Source: Chthoniobacterales bacterium (lineage in GTDB: Bacteria; Verrucomicrobiota; Verrucomicrobiia; Chthoniobacterales; UBA10450). From it: 26,533 bases of DNA. Made by a program: the position numbers and the translations under genes. The notes beneath the pieces were generated by a model. The model saw only the letters and a list, made by a program, of their open reading frames with translations, was not told where the DNA came from and did no database searches. This document shows, in pieces, positions 15,582-24,911 of the stretch. The stretch covers positions 1 to 26,533 of the forward strand of contig JBAPMH010000453.1 in the NCBI GenBank assembly GCA_049278515.1, in the 5' to 3' direction. Each line of letters begins with the position of its first letter. The stretch's first letter is position 1.

Positions 15582-16934
15582 GTGGAAACGAAAAGCCGCT
15601 CAATTCGCCAGGCGCTTTCCCTGGAATCTGCGTCCGCCCTCTCGACCCCCGCGCTGCCTCCCGGTACGACCCGGCGCACCCTGGCGATCGTGATGGGCGG
15701 CGGCGCCGGAACCCGCCTGTTTCCGCTAACGAAGGACCGATCGAAACCCGCCGTCCCGTTGGGCGGCAAATACCGAATCGTCGATATCTCGATCAGCAAT
15801 TGTCTCAACTCCGGTTTGCGCTCGATCTACGTGCTCACGCAGTTCAACAGCATGTCGCTGCACCGGCACATTCAGGCCAGTTACAAGTTCGATAATTTCT
15901 CCCGCAGCTTCGTGGACATCCTGGCGGCCCAGCAAACGCCGGAAGGCTCCCAGTGGTATCAGGGCACGGCCGACGCCGTCCGCCAAAACATGCGCTACTT
16001 CCTGGAGCACCCTTTCGATTACTACATCATCCTTAGCGGGGATCAGCTTTACCGGATGGATTTTCGCGCGCTCCTGCATCAGCACATCCGCTCCGGGGCT
16101 GACATCACGCTCGCCATAAAACCGGTCCCGCGCGAACAGGCCTCGGAATTCGGGATCATGCTCAGCGACGCGGACCGGCGCGTGACTCGTTTCGTCGAGA
16201 AACCGACGGACCCGAATGTGCTAAGCGAGCTTAAAATGGGAGCGGAGCTTCTCGCATCCGCCGGATCGGCCCCAGACGCGGAGCTCTATCAGGCGTCCAT
16301 GGGGATCTACGTTTTCAATCGAAACGTCCTCGTGGAATGCCTCGACAACGACCTGGTCGATTTCGGGAAGCACATCATCCCCCAGGCGATTCAGGAACGG
16401 CAGGTGAGCGGTTACGTTTTCAACGGCTACTGGGAAGATATTGGAACGATCCGGGCGTTTTACGAAGCCAACCTCGATCTGACGGATCTGCTGCCGCAAT
16501 ACAGTTTTTTCGAGGCCTCAGCCCCGATCTACACCCACCCGCGTTTTTTGCCCGGCAGCAAAATCAACGGAGCGACTCTGCGCCAGGCGATCATCGCGGA
16601 TGGTTGCATAATCTCAGACGCGCACCTCGAGCGGTCGGTTATCGGAGTTCGCAGCATCATTCAGAGCGGGGCCACGATTCGAAACAGCATCGTAATGGGC
16701 GCTGACTATTATGAGACTGATGCCGGCGCGCAACGCGGATCGCCGCCGATCGGGATCGGGCGCAATTGTGTGATCGATCGCGCGATTATCGACAAGAATG
16801 CCCGGATCGCGGATGGAGTCGTGATTACACCGGAGGGAAAACCGGCGGACCTGGATGCCGGCAATTACTTTATCCGGGACGGGATCGTAGTGGTGCCCAA
16901 GAACGCGGTGATTCCGCCCGGATTCTGGATTTAG
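15582..16934 (+). CDS. glgC: Glucose-1-phosphate adenylyltransferase
   Basis: LAIVMGGGAGTRLFPLTKDRSKPAVPLGGKYRIVDISISNCLNSG is the GlgC N-terminal signature. A left-handed beta-helix style C-terminus is present. The GTG start at 15582 is uncertain. Confidence 0.9.
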   Translation: METKSRSIRQALSLESASALSTPALPPGTTRRTLAIVMGGGAGTRLFPLTKDRSKPAVPLGGKYRIVDISISNCLNSGLRSIYVLTQFNSMSLHRHIQASYKFDNFSRSFVDILAAQQTPEGSQWYQGTADAVRQNMRYFLEHPFDYYIILSGDQLYRMDFRALLHQHIRSGADITLAIKPVPREQASEFGIMLSDADRRVTRFVEKPTDPNVLSELKMGAELLASAGSAPDAELYQASMGIYVFNRNVLVECLDNDLVDFGKHIIPQAIQERQVSGYVFNGYWEDIGTIRAFYEANLDLTDLLPQYSFFEASAPIYTHPRFLPGSKINGATLRQAIIADGCIISDAHLERSVIGVRSIIQSGATIRNSIVMGADYYETDAGAQRGSPPIGIGRNCVIDRAIIDKNARIADGVVITPEGKPADLDAGNYFIRDGIVVVPKNAVIPPGFWI

Positions 16935-16943
16935 GGAGCGGGG

Positions 16944-17159
16944 TTACCGGCGTTGCTGATTGAGCATCGCGCCCTGGCCTTCTCGCTCCCACTTTTGCTG
17001 TTCGTTCCAAGGCAGGGACGTTTCATGGCTAGCGGTGGGATCGTTGATGAGGGGAGGCGGTTCCTTGGTTGCGCACGAAGCCAGGGCCCCGGCCGCGGCG
17101 AGAAGGAGCGCCAGTCTGATGAGTCGGAAGCCAGAGAGATCAGGAATTGTTGCCAGCAT
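16944..17159 (-). CDS. Small putative lipoprotein
   Basis: FRLIRLALLLAAAGALASC is a signal peptide with a lipobox (LASC). The ORF overlaps the 3' end of the upstream coiled-coil gene by ~20 nt. The start could be 17159 or 17174. Confidence 0.45.
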   Translation of the reverse strand: MLATIPDLSGFRLIRLALLLAAAGALASCATKEPPPLINDPTASHETSLPWNEQQKWEREGQGAMLNQQRR

Positions 17160-17931
17160 AAATGACAGTATCACCCGGTTGGACCTGGACGCCGCGCGCC
17201 AGGCTACTGGTAATTATATCGCCGATGGCGGTGGCAGGTTCAACTGACGAAATCCGGATCCGGCCAATGAACGAGCCACCCCGCAGAACCAGCATTTCTG
17301 AATTCGCCTCGACCCCCTGCCGGCTCCCGAGGCTCAAGACCACAAAGTTGTAGGCCTGGTTAACGGCGAGAACAGTGCCGCGGATGCCGGGGCTTCCTCC
17401 GCCGGCTGGCCGATGTTTCTTTTCCGCTTCGAGCTGGGCAGCCCGCTCCTGGGTGACTTTCATTTTGTCGGAAAGAAGCGTCTTCTCCAATTCGGCGGCC
17501 TCGAGTCGTTTCTTTGCCTCTTCCAATTGAGCTCGTAACTCCGCCGCGGAGGCAGCGGATGGAGAATCTACTGCGGCTGTTTTCGACTCCTCGACGCGCT
17601 TTCGCAGTTCGGTGGTTTCGCTTTCGTTTTCCCGCAATCTTGCCTGCAAATCGCTCTTTTCGGTCTGCGCTTTGACCAACTCCGCTTCCGTGCTGGCCAC
17701 CCTGTTCTGGCTATCGTCGAGTTTCGCTCTGGCGGCGGCGACGGCGGCTTCGCGCCCTGCGATATCCTTTTCGCGGGTAATGCGAAGTTGTTCCGCGGTT
17801 TGGCGGTCGGCGTTGGCCCGGACCACGTCGGAACGCAGCTCGCGCGTCCTTTTCAGATTCAAGACGCCGAAAATGGCCGAGAGGCTAAGCAGCAAGACGG
17901 CACCAAGTATCAGATTCCTGGAAGTAATCAC
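17140..17931 (-). CDS. Membrane-anchored coiled-coil protein with a small C-terminal beta-rich domain
   Basis: N-terminal TM (LILGAVLLLSLSAIFGVL), then ~150 aa of heptad-rich, charged sequence (AELVKAQTEKSDLQARLRENESETTELRKRVEE...), then GTVLAVNQAYNFVVLSLGSRQGVEANSEMLVLRGGSFIGRIRISSV. The function is not identifiable. Confidence 0.65.
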   Translation of the reverse strand: MITSRNLILGAVLLLSLSAIFGVLNLKRTRELRSDVVRANADRQTAEQLRITREKDIAGREAAVAAARAKLDDSQNRVASTEAELVKAQTEKSDLQARLRENESETTELRKRVEESKTAAVDSPSAASAAELRAQLEEAKKRLEAAELEKTLLSDKMKVTQERAAQLEAEKKHRPAGGGSPGIRGTVLAVNQAYNFVVLSLGSRQGVEANSEMLVLRGGSFIGRIRISSVEPATAIGDIITSSLARGVQVQPGDTVIYAGNNS

Positions 17932-18077
17932 AGCAAGGGGGGCGAAGAATTCGCGGGGGGACTAATTGGTATGAAACAGGGGCGGCGCTGGCAATCCCAT
18001 TCGCGCGGGTGGGCGTTTTATCGGGGCCGCTCGGTTTCACGTTGCGCCGATCCGACTTCCATCCTATAGAACGCGAT

Positions 18078-18230
18078 ATGGGTCAGCAACATCGCGTAAG
18101 GGTCAAGCGCCGGCGGCGCGTGGCCTATTTGGAACGTAAGAAAGCAGCGGCGAAAGTTGCTCCAGTTCGGCGGGAGCCGCCGAAGAAAAAAACCAAGCCG
18201 AAAAAGCAAGCCGCTCCGGCGGAAACTTAG
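18078..18230 (+). CDS. Possible small, highly basic protein
   Basis: MGQQHRVRVKRRRRVAYLERKKAAAKVAPVRREPPKKKTKPKKQAAPAET. It lies just upstream of the NYN gene. Compositional bias makes it uncertain. Confidence 0.3.
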   Translation: MGQQHRVRVKRRRRVAYLERKKAAAKVAPVRREPPKKKTKPKKQAAPAET

Positions 18231-18291
18231 GATCCTCAGCAGCCCAGGGCCCGCAAGGCTTGCCGGCTCGTAAAGGAGCTGAGCAGGCAAA

Positions 18292-18696
18292 GTGCGCGCA
18301 GAGTATCTAATCGTTGATGGCCATAGCGTCATTTTTGCCTGGCCGGAGCTGCGCAAATTGCATGGGCGGCGCACCTCACTGGCGCGCGAAGCGTTGACCA
18401 AGAAACTGCGCGATTACCAGGATTGGACCGGGACGCGAGTCGCCGTGGTTTTCGACGGAAAGGGAACGACCGTCAGCGAAATCTCCGATCCGGGAGAAAT
18501 CCAGATTTTCTATTCGCGCGCCGGACAGACGGCTGACTCGATTGTTGAGCGGCTCGCCAGCAAGTATGGAAAAACCTTCAAGCTTCTGGTGGCGACGGAT
18601 GATGTGCTGGAGAAGGAAACTGCCAGTGCGTCCGGCGCCGAATGCATTTCGGCGGAAGCGCTTCGCTGGCTTCTCGAGGAAGCGTCACCGGCCTGA
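18292..18696 (+). CDS. NYN-domain / YacP-like (Rae1-like) putative ribonuclease
   Basis: EYLIVDGHSVIFAWPELRKL...ALTKKLRDYQDWTGTRVAVVFDG...FYSRAGQTADSIVERL...VATDD matches the YacP/DUF901 layout. GTG start. Confidence 0.75.
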   Translation: MRAEYLIVDGHSVIFAWPELRKLHGRRTSLAREALTKKLRDYQDWTGTRVAVVFDGKGTTVSEISDPGEIQIFYSRAGQTADSIVERLASKYGKTFKLLVATDDVLEKETASASGAECISAEALRWLLEEASPA

Positions 18697-18723
18697 TTGC
18701 CGGCCAAACGGTCAGCGCGCCTT

Positions 18724-19170
18724 TTAGGCCGCGCCAGCGAGGACGTGTTGCGGCCGCGCCAGGGCTTCGCGACGAGCCCGCTGCTGGCAGGTGGCGAGGA
18801 CGCGGGACAGGACGCAATAGAGCTGTTCGATCGGAAGATTTTTGCTCACGTAGCCGTTGGCTCCGGCGCGTAACGCGGCGTGCATCCGCTCTTCGTCGTA
18901 TCCGACGCCGGTAAAAACGATGATCGGGAGGGTTTCGCTCATCTCCCGGATGAATGAGATTAGCGAGATGCCATCCACCTTGGGCATGTTCAGATCGACG
19001 ACCACGACGTCGCACTTGTGATGCTCGAGCCAGGCGGCGGTCTGGAAGCCTTCAGTGAGGAACTCGCAGGTATGACTTTTTTGCTTGAGATAAGTAACGA
19101 GGAACTTGGTGATCGCCGGGTCATCATCGATGAGGAGGAACTCGACAGCATCGCGGTTAAGAATTTTCAT
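18724..19170 (-). CDS. Stand-alone response-regulator receiver (CheY-like)
   Basis: FLLIDDDPAITKFL, VVVVDLNMPKVDGISL, IIVFTG and GANGYVSKNL correspond to the DD, phospho-Asp, T and K positions of REC domains. There is no output domain. Confidence 0.85.
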   Translation of the reverse strand: MKILNRDAVEFLLIDDDPAITKFLVTYLKQKSHTCEFLTEGFQTAAWLEHHKCDVVVVDLNMPKVDGISLISFIREMSETLPIIVFTGVGYDEERMHAALRAGANGYVSKNLPIEQLYCVLSRVLATCQQRARREALARPQHVLAGAA

Positions 19171-19354
19171 GGCTGGCTTTCTTTAGAATTACTATAATTC
19201 CTATAAGCACTATCCTTGCCAACCTGCGGTGCTCTTATTTTTGCCCGTTCCCCCAGCTAAGCGGGCTCAAACCCGCCCGGGGCTCGGTCCCATTACGGAC
19301 TCGCCAGCAGACGGGTCCCGGCCTTCGGAAAGGGCCTGCTGCCGGAACGACCGG

Positions 19355-20308
19355 CTAGCTTTTCAGACTCGCGCGGACCGCGTCCAGCTGGCCGGCTGAG
19401 CCAAGCTTCCCATTTTTGTGGGCAATGAATTTCGCGTATTCCTCGACGAAGATTTTGCCTGGCGGGCGAAAATCGAATTCCGCCGGCTTGTCGCGAAAAT
19501 ATTCCCGATGGACTCGTGTCCAAACGAGGCGCCCATCGGTATCGATGTTTACTTTGGTCACACCGAGCTTGGCGGCCGGAAGATATTCCTCTTCGTTCAC
19601 CCCGCGAGCCGACGGATCAAGTTTGCCGCCGGCGGCGTTGATTCGCTGGACTTCCTCGACCGGAACGCTCGAGCTGCCGTGCATGACAATGGGCAGGCCG
19701 GGAATCAGTTCCTTGATCTCTTCGATCACTTCAAAGTGGAGACTCTGTTGCCCTTTGAACTTGTAGGCGCCATGGCTGGTTCCGATGGCGGCCGCGAGTG
19801 AGTCGCAACCGGTGCGCTTCACGAATTCGACGGCTTCCTTTGGATTGGTGAGAGAAGCGTGTCCTTCATCGACTTTGATGTCCTCCTCCACTCCCCCGAG
19901 TTGGCCGAGCTCCGCTTCGACGCTGATGCCCTTCTCATGGGCCCGATCGACCACCCGCTTCGTGATGGCGATATTTTCTTCGAACGACTCGTGGCTGGCA
20001 TCGATCATCACCGAGCTGTAGAAACCCGACGCGATACAGTCGTAGCAAGTCTCCTCATCGCCGTGGTCGAGATGCACGGCGAAAATCGCCTCGGGAAACA
20101 TTTCTTCGGCCGTGCGAATCATCGCTTCGAGCATTCGCTTATCGGCGTATTTCCGGGCGCCTTTCGAGAGCTGAATAATAAACGGCGCCTTGCTTCGAAC
20201 ATTGCCGCTAAACAGCCCCAGGAGCTGTTCCATGTTGTTGATGTTATAGGCCCCGACGGCAAACTTTCCGTAGGCGACTTTGTAGAGTTGGGCGGTGGTT
20301 ACGATCAT
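19355..20308 (-). CDS. fba: Class II fructose-bisphosphate aldolase
   Basis: FAVGAYNINNMEQ, HLDHG, GTSHGAYKF and IVMHGSSSVP are class II FBA motifs. 317 aa. Confidence 0.9.
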   Translation of the reverse strand: MIVTTAQLYKVAYGKFAVGAYNINNMEQLLGLFSGNVRSKAPFIIQLSKGARKYADKRMLEAMIRTAEEMFPEAIFAVHLDHGDEETCYDCIASGFYSSVMIDASHESFEENIAITKRVVDRAHEKGISVEAELGQLGGVEEDIKVDEGHASLTNPKEAVEFVKRTGCDSLAAAIGTSHGAYKFKGQQSLHFEVIEEIKELIPGLPIVMHGSSSVPVEEVQRINAAGGKLDPSARGVNEEEYLPAAKLGVTKVNIDTDGRLVWTRVHREYFRDKPAEFDFRPPGKIFVEEYAKFIAHKNGKLGSAGQLDAVRASLKS

Positions 20309-20366
20309 ACCGTTTGGATTTGAGATTTGATGGTGGATTCTGGCCGAGCAGGGGACGGAATCCTAG

Positions 20367-20396
20367 ATCGAAAATCGAAAATCGAAAATCGAAAAT
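20367..20396. repeat. Heptanucleotide tandem repeat (ATCGAAA) x4.3
   Basis: GATCGAAAATCGAAAATCGAAAATCGAAAATGG. It lies in the 92-nt gap between the kinase stop (20401) and the fba start (20308). Confidence 0.9.
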
Positions 20397-20400
20397 GGCG

Positions 20401-22398
20401 TCACTCTCCGATCGGAGCGGCCGGGAGCATGACACTGACCGAAGTGCCGTGCGGATTCGAATCGATGTCCACGCGGCCGTTGTGATCGAAAATCGTTCGC
20501 TTCACAATCGGAAGGCCCAGGCCCATTCCGCGTGCCTTGGTGGTGCAGAAAGGTGAGAAAATCTTCTCGCGCAGGTCGGGCGAAATGCCCTTGCCGTTGT
20601 CCTGCACCGTGATGACTACACCGCTGGCGCGATCTCCCTCGCGGATCGATTTAGCGGCCAGGGTGATGCGGGGTTTGCTCTGTCCGGAGGTCGCTTCGGC
20701 GGCGTTGGCTACGAGGTGGGCAAACGCTTCGGTGAGCGCTTCCTCGTCTCCGAGGATTCTCGGGAGGTCGCTCGGCAGGGTTGTGTCGACGGCCACCCCA
20801 TTTTTTGCCACCCGGACCCGCGCCAGTTCGATGGCCTTCCTCACCGAAGAACGGACATCGACCGGCTTCATGACCAATTCGGAGGGATGCGCAAAATTAT
20901 TGATCTGGGTGATGATCTTGTCGAGCCGATCGATCTCCTGGACGACGATCTCGTTGAAATCCTTCCGGAAATCCGGGTCTTCGAAACGCTCCGGAAGCAG
21001 CTGGGCGAAGGTTTTGATGGCCACGAGCGGATTTCGAATTTCGTGCGACATGCTGGCCGCGAGATCTGTCCAGAAGGCGGCGCGGTCCACGAGGTCCTGT
21101 TTCTGGCGGAGATTTTCCTCGGCGGTCAGATCATGGACCACGGCGACGGCCCCGAGCGGTGTTTTTTGGTCGATCAGCCGGCGCGTCTCCACGGAAAGGG
21201 AGCGTCGCGTGTTAGGATCGATCCATTGGCGCGCCGGAAGATTGTCCTTCGCGTCTAACGTCTCCCGCAGGAAGGTCGCAAGGCGCCCGCCGATCGCCTC
21301 GATCGGCTGATTCAAAGCCTCGTGGGCGTCTACGCCGAGGATCTGTTCCGCGGTGGGATTAAACCAGCGGATGTTGGCTTCTTCATCCGTCGCAACAATT
21401 CCGGGCGGGATCGATTTGAGGAGGGTTTCGGCAAGAGTTTTTTGAACAGTGACTTCTTCGTAGAGGAGAGCGTTTTCAAGAACGGTGGAGACGTGCTCGG
21501 CGAGCATCATGAGTCCTTCGAGATCATTGTACTCGAATCGCTGGCCCGTGACGCGGTGGCCGAAAAAAAGCCAGCCGATAATGCGGCCCCGGGCGTGCAT
21601 CGGAACGATTACTTCGGCGCCAAAGGTATCCAAAGCGCGTCGCATCAGGGTACGCTGGGCGGGTTCCACCTGGGGCAGGTTGGCGCGGGAGATCAGGTGG
21701 GCGTGAAGCTCGAACCAGCGCACGAGCGAGTCCCGCTCGCCGTATTCGACCTCGTATGTTTCCGGCAGACAGCGCAGCCCGGCGCGAAGCCGGTAGCGAT
21801 CGCTTTGTCTTATCTTGGAAAAAATGCCTACCCGGCCGACGCCGGTGGCATCAGCAACACTCTCGATCACGCTGGCGAGAAGGGTTTCGACGTTGTCGAA
21901 TCGGCGGAAAACTCGAGGGAAACGCATCAGTGGCATGGATGATTCACGGCGTTCCGGGGCGGGTTCGATCCGCCGCAACGGCTCGGGCACGAACGGGACC
22001 ACTGCGTGCTCTCGCAGGTCGCGGTTTTCTTGTAAAATGCGCAAGTGGTCGAAGCCGCGAGTCACCAGCGCCTGCAATCTGCGCCGGTCGATTTGCAAAT
22101 CCTCGGCCGCATACACGCCGGATTGTTCGACCTCGCGCAGCGGTTCCGAGCGCAGAGTCCCGAGAGCGATCACCAGGATCTCGGGCAGCGCCGCCTGGAC
22201 TTGCTCGAGGAGGTCGCGCGCTTCCTTCGCGCGCAAATCCAAGACCAGAATCGCGGGACTGTTCTGTTGCAGGACGGCGTCCAGCCGATCCGGCGAACTG
22301 ACATGGCGCACCTGCGAGAGCGCGCTGAGAAATGCCTTCACGCGCCGGACAAGGTCTGCATCCTGCGAATAGAGAATGCAAATGGGGCAGGGGTTCAT
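20401..22398 (-). CDS. Cytoplasmic sensor histidine kinase (degenerate receiver-like N-terminus, GAF-like, PAS, HisKA, HATPase_c)
   Basis: H-box [27 protein letters not shown] (NtrB/AtoS-like), plus ATPase boxes VANAAEA, DNGKGI and [11 protein letters not shown]. No TM segments. Its ATG overlaps the stop of the upstream kinase (ATGA at 22395..22398). Confidence 0.85.
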   Translation of the reverse strand: MNPCPICILYSQDADLVRRVKAFLSALSQVRHVSSPDRLDAVLQQNSPAILVLDLRAKEARDLLEQVQAALPEILVIALGTLRSEPLREVEQSGVYAAEDLQIDRRRLQALVTRGFDHLRILQENRDLREHAVVPFVPEPLRRIEPAPERRESSMPLMRFPRVFRRFDNVETLLASVIESVADATGVGRVGIFSKIRQSDRYRLRAGLRCLPETYEVEYGERDSLVRWFELHAHLISRANLPQVEPAQRTLMRRALDTFGAEVIVPMHARGRIIGWLFFGHRVTGQRFEYNDLEGLMMLAEHVSTVLENALLYEEVTVQKTLAETLLKSIPPGIVATDEEANIRWFNPTAEQILGVDAHEALNQPIEAIGGRLATFLRETLDAKDNLPARQWIDPNTRRSLSVETRRLIDQKTPLGAVAVVHDLTAEENLRQKQDLVDRAAFWTDLAASMSHEIRNPLVAIKTFAQLLPERFEDPDFRKDFNEIVVQEIDRLDKIITQINNFAHPSELVMKPVDVRSSVRKAIELARVRVAKNGVAVDTTLPSDLPRILGDEEALTEAFAHLVANAAEATSGQSKPRITLAAKSIREGDRASGVVITVQDNGKGISPDLREKIFSPFCTTKARGMGLGLPIVKRTIFDHNGRVDIDSNPHGTSVSVMLPAAPIGE

Positions 22399-24911
22399 GC
22401 CGCGACGACCTCCTCTGCGAACCGAACCAGTGGCAGCAAAATATGAAAGGAGGTGCCTTTCTTGAGTTGGCTTTCCACTTCGATTTGTCCGCCATGCTCC
22501 TGGATGATGCCGTGGACAACGGATAACCCGAGGCCGGTCCCGTAATCCTTGGTGGTGAAGAAAGGATCGAAGACGTGGGGAATGTCTTCGCTCCGAATCC
22601 CCTCGCCATCGTCACGAATCGTAATGCGCAAGACTTCGTGCGAGCCGCCATTAGTCCCCGAAATCGCCGCCACCCATTCGCTGGCGGCGCGGATCTCCGT
22701 CACAACGCTGAGTTCTCCACCTCGGTTCATCGCGTCCATCGCGTTGAGGAAAAAATTAAGGAAAACTTGTTCGAGCTGGTCGGCATCGGCGCGGATAGTA
22801 TCCACATCCGCGTGCCAGGAACGAGTTAATTTGATCTCTTTCTGGTAAAGCCGATGCCCGACGAGCTGGAGCGATTTCTCCAGGACGTCATGGACATGCA
22901 TCGGTTTCAAGACCGGCTTGGCTGGACGCGCGAAGCGCAGCAGCTGATTGACCAGCGAATCGATCCGATCGATCTCGTGGCCGATCAGATTCGAAAAGGT
23001 GTCCCGGAAATCGGAATCCTGATAACGCTCCGGCAAAAGCTGGGCGAACGTTTTGATTGAGACGAGCGGATTCTTGATTTCGTGCGCCATGCCGGCGGAA
23101 AGGGTGCCGAGACTGGCGAGCCGGTCGCTCCGGCGGATCTGCAATTCCAGACGTTTCAGCGCCGTGATGTCGGTCAACACCACAAGTGCGCCGAGCATCT
23201 CGCCTTGTTCGCCGTGGAAGATGGAGCTGCTGGCGCGGACGATGGCGTTATGTTCGCCCAGAGGAAGAACGAGCTCACTGTTTTCCTGCCGGTCTCCCGT
23301 GCGGAGCGTCTCGCACAAAATATCGCGCAGACCCTGCGGCAACCGGTCGAGAGAATGATCGATGATTTTCCCTGGATCGAGTCCGGTGATTTGGCCAGCC
23401 TCATTATTGAATACCGTCACCCGCTCGTCGGCCCCGGCCGCAATTACGCCAGTCGTCAGATTTTCCAGGAGCGTCTCGTTGTAGATCCGGGCGTTCTGAA
23501 CTTCGGTGAACAGTTGCGCATTATCGATCGCGACCGCGAGTTGCCCGCAGAGGACTTGAAGCGCGTTTTGTTCTACTGCGCCATAGATTCGGCCGGAAAG
23601 CCGCGGGCCCAGAAACATGACGCCGGCGAGGTGTTGACGGGAAAAAATCCCCAGCGCCACGGCGGTCTTCGCCTCCTCCATTTGCTCGGCGGCACGTTCC
23701 AGCTCCGGCGTGGTGCGAATGCGGTGCAGCTCGTCGAGCACGAGCACTTCCTGGTTAGCTTCCAGATACGCGATGGTGGGATCGTTTCGGCTCAACCGCA
23801 TCGCCTCGCCGACCGAGTCCGGATGAATCGGCGGATAATGCTGGACATAGGCCTCTTTCTCGGGCAGCAGGATCAAAACGCGATCGGTTCCGACGGCTTC
23901 GCCAATCGTTTTCGCGAAACGATCGAGCAGGTCTTGGAGCGTGGTGACGGATTTCAGAATGCCCGCCGCCTGGTTCATCGTGGATTGGAAATCGATGCCG
24001 CGCGAACCGATGAAAAGCCGGTTCGCAAAGCGTTGCGAGATTCCGCGGGCAGGAGCCATCGCGAAGGCGACCACGAGCGCCGCCGCCAGGTGACCGAACG
24101 TTCGAGCCTCACCGGGAAACAACGGCTTGGAAGCCGTCGAAACGAGCCAGAAGACCAGCGTATAAAGTGCCAGCAAATAAGCTGTCAGAACCGCATAGGA
24201 CGTGACGCGCCGGAAGAAGAAGCCAACATCCATGATCTTCCGGGTCGAGATCCCGTAGGCGATGATCAGGCTGAAGACAACGATCCGAAACGGCGCGAAC
24301 TGAACCGCAATGGCCCGCTCAACGAAGGGGCTGAAAGCGACCAGAATCGCCAGGGCGGTCTCACCCGCAATGACGAACTGGAATTCTACTTTCTGAATTC
24401 CCGAGCTGCGGCGCAGATCGCGAACGCAATAAACGATGACCGCTACGATCGCAGCAATCAGGAAGGCTGCAAAGAACGGGAAGAGCGGCCCGTACTGCGG
24501 AACGGGAATTAATTCGTGACCTGTATCGCCCTGGGGAATTGACGCCGAGCGAAGAAACGATCGGGCATAACAGAGAGCGATGACGGCAAGACTTGGAACC
24601 GCGAGGGTCGCCGAGCGCATTCCAATTTGCTTCCAACCGCCGTCCCGGCACAGAATTCCCAGCCGTAAGAGATTGAACCCATTTACCAAGAGCACGCCGG
24701 TGGCCCATGAGTTCCGGATCCAAAACTCCGCCGCGGGAGCTTCGACGGCGTTGTAGGCAAATTGGAGCGACAAGAGCCACGCGCAGATGAAAAACGAGAC
24801 AACGAAGAAACTTTGATTCGCGTGGTTTTTGGAGTTGGCCCGGAAGACAGCAACGCCGAGCCCGATCTGGATCAGGAGGGCCGCCCAGAGGGAAATGGTG
24901 GCAGCGTTCAT
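22395..24911 (-). CDS. Membrane sensor histidine kinase (~8 TM N-terminal domain, GAF-like, PAS, HisKA, HATPase_c)
   Basis: About 290 aa of hydrophobic helices, then the H-box [27 protein letters not shown] and ATPase boxes NFFLNAMDAM, DDGEGI and GTGLGLSVVHG. The architecture recalls 7TM-type and PrsK-like kinases, but that is a resemblance only. Its ATG overlaps the ketosynthase stop (ATGA at 24908..24911). Confidence 0.85.
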   Translation of the reverse strand: MNAATISLWAALLIQIGLGVAVFRANSKNHANQSFFVVSFFICAWLLSLQFAYNAVEAPAAEFWIRNSWATGVLLVNGFNLLRLGILCRDGGWKQIGMRSATLAVPSLAVIALCYARSFLRSASIPQGDTGHELIPVPQYGPLFPFFAAFLIAAIVAVIVYCVRDLRRSSGIQKVEFQFVIAGETALAILVAFSPFVERAIAVQFAPFRIVVFSLIIAYGISTRKIMDVGFFFRRVTSYAVLTAYLLALYTLVFWLVSTASKPLFPGEARTFGHLAAALVVAFAMAPARGISQRFANRLFIGSRGIDFQSTMNQAAGILKSVTTLQDLLDRFAKTIGEAVGTDRVLILLPEKEAYVQHYPPIHPDSVGEAMRLSRNDPTIAYLEANQEVLVLDELHRIRTTPELERAAEQMEEAKTAVALGIFSRQHLAGVMFLGPRLSGRIYGAVEQNALQVLCGQLAVAIDNAQLFTEVQNARIYNETLLENLTTGVIAAGADERVTVFNNEAGQITGLDPGKIIDHSLDRLPQGLRDILCETLRTGDRQENSELVLPLGEHNAIVRASSSIFHGEQGEMLGALVVLTDITALKRLELQIRRSDRLASLGTLSAGMAHEIKNPLVSIKTFAQLLPERYQDSDFRDTFSNLIGHEIDRIDSLVNQLLRFARPAKPVLKPMHVHDVLEKSLQLVGHRLYQKEIKLTRSWHADVDTIRADADQLEQVFLNFFLNAMDAMNRGGELSVVTEIRAASEWVAAISGTNGGSHEVLRITIRDDGEGIRSEDIPHVFDPFFTTKDYGTGLGLSVVHGIIQEHGGQIEVESQLKKGTSFHILLPLVRFAEEVVAA

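Noticed and set aside
20367-20396. Short repeats and hairpins as a possible CRISPR array (also 6207..6277 and 6916..6976).
   Set aside because: The repeat unit is 7 nt with no spacers, and the other two are single hairpins. Nothing resembles 25-40-nt direct repeats separated by unique spacers, and no cas genes are present.
23082-24512. 476-aa ORF on the plus strand. Similar long ORFs occur at 20537..21310, 20716..21258, 21322..21942 and 21944..22651.
   Set aside because: All lie antisense or out of frame within the two histidine-kinase genes, which carry clear H, N and G boxes. Their composition is typical of GC-rich shadow ORFs.
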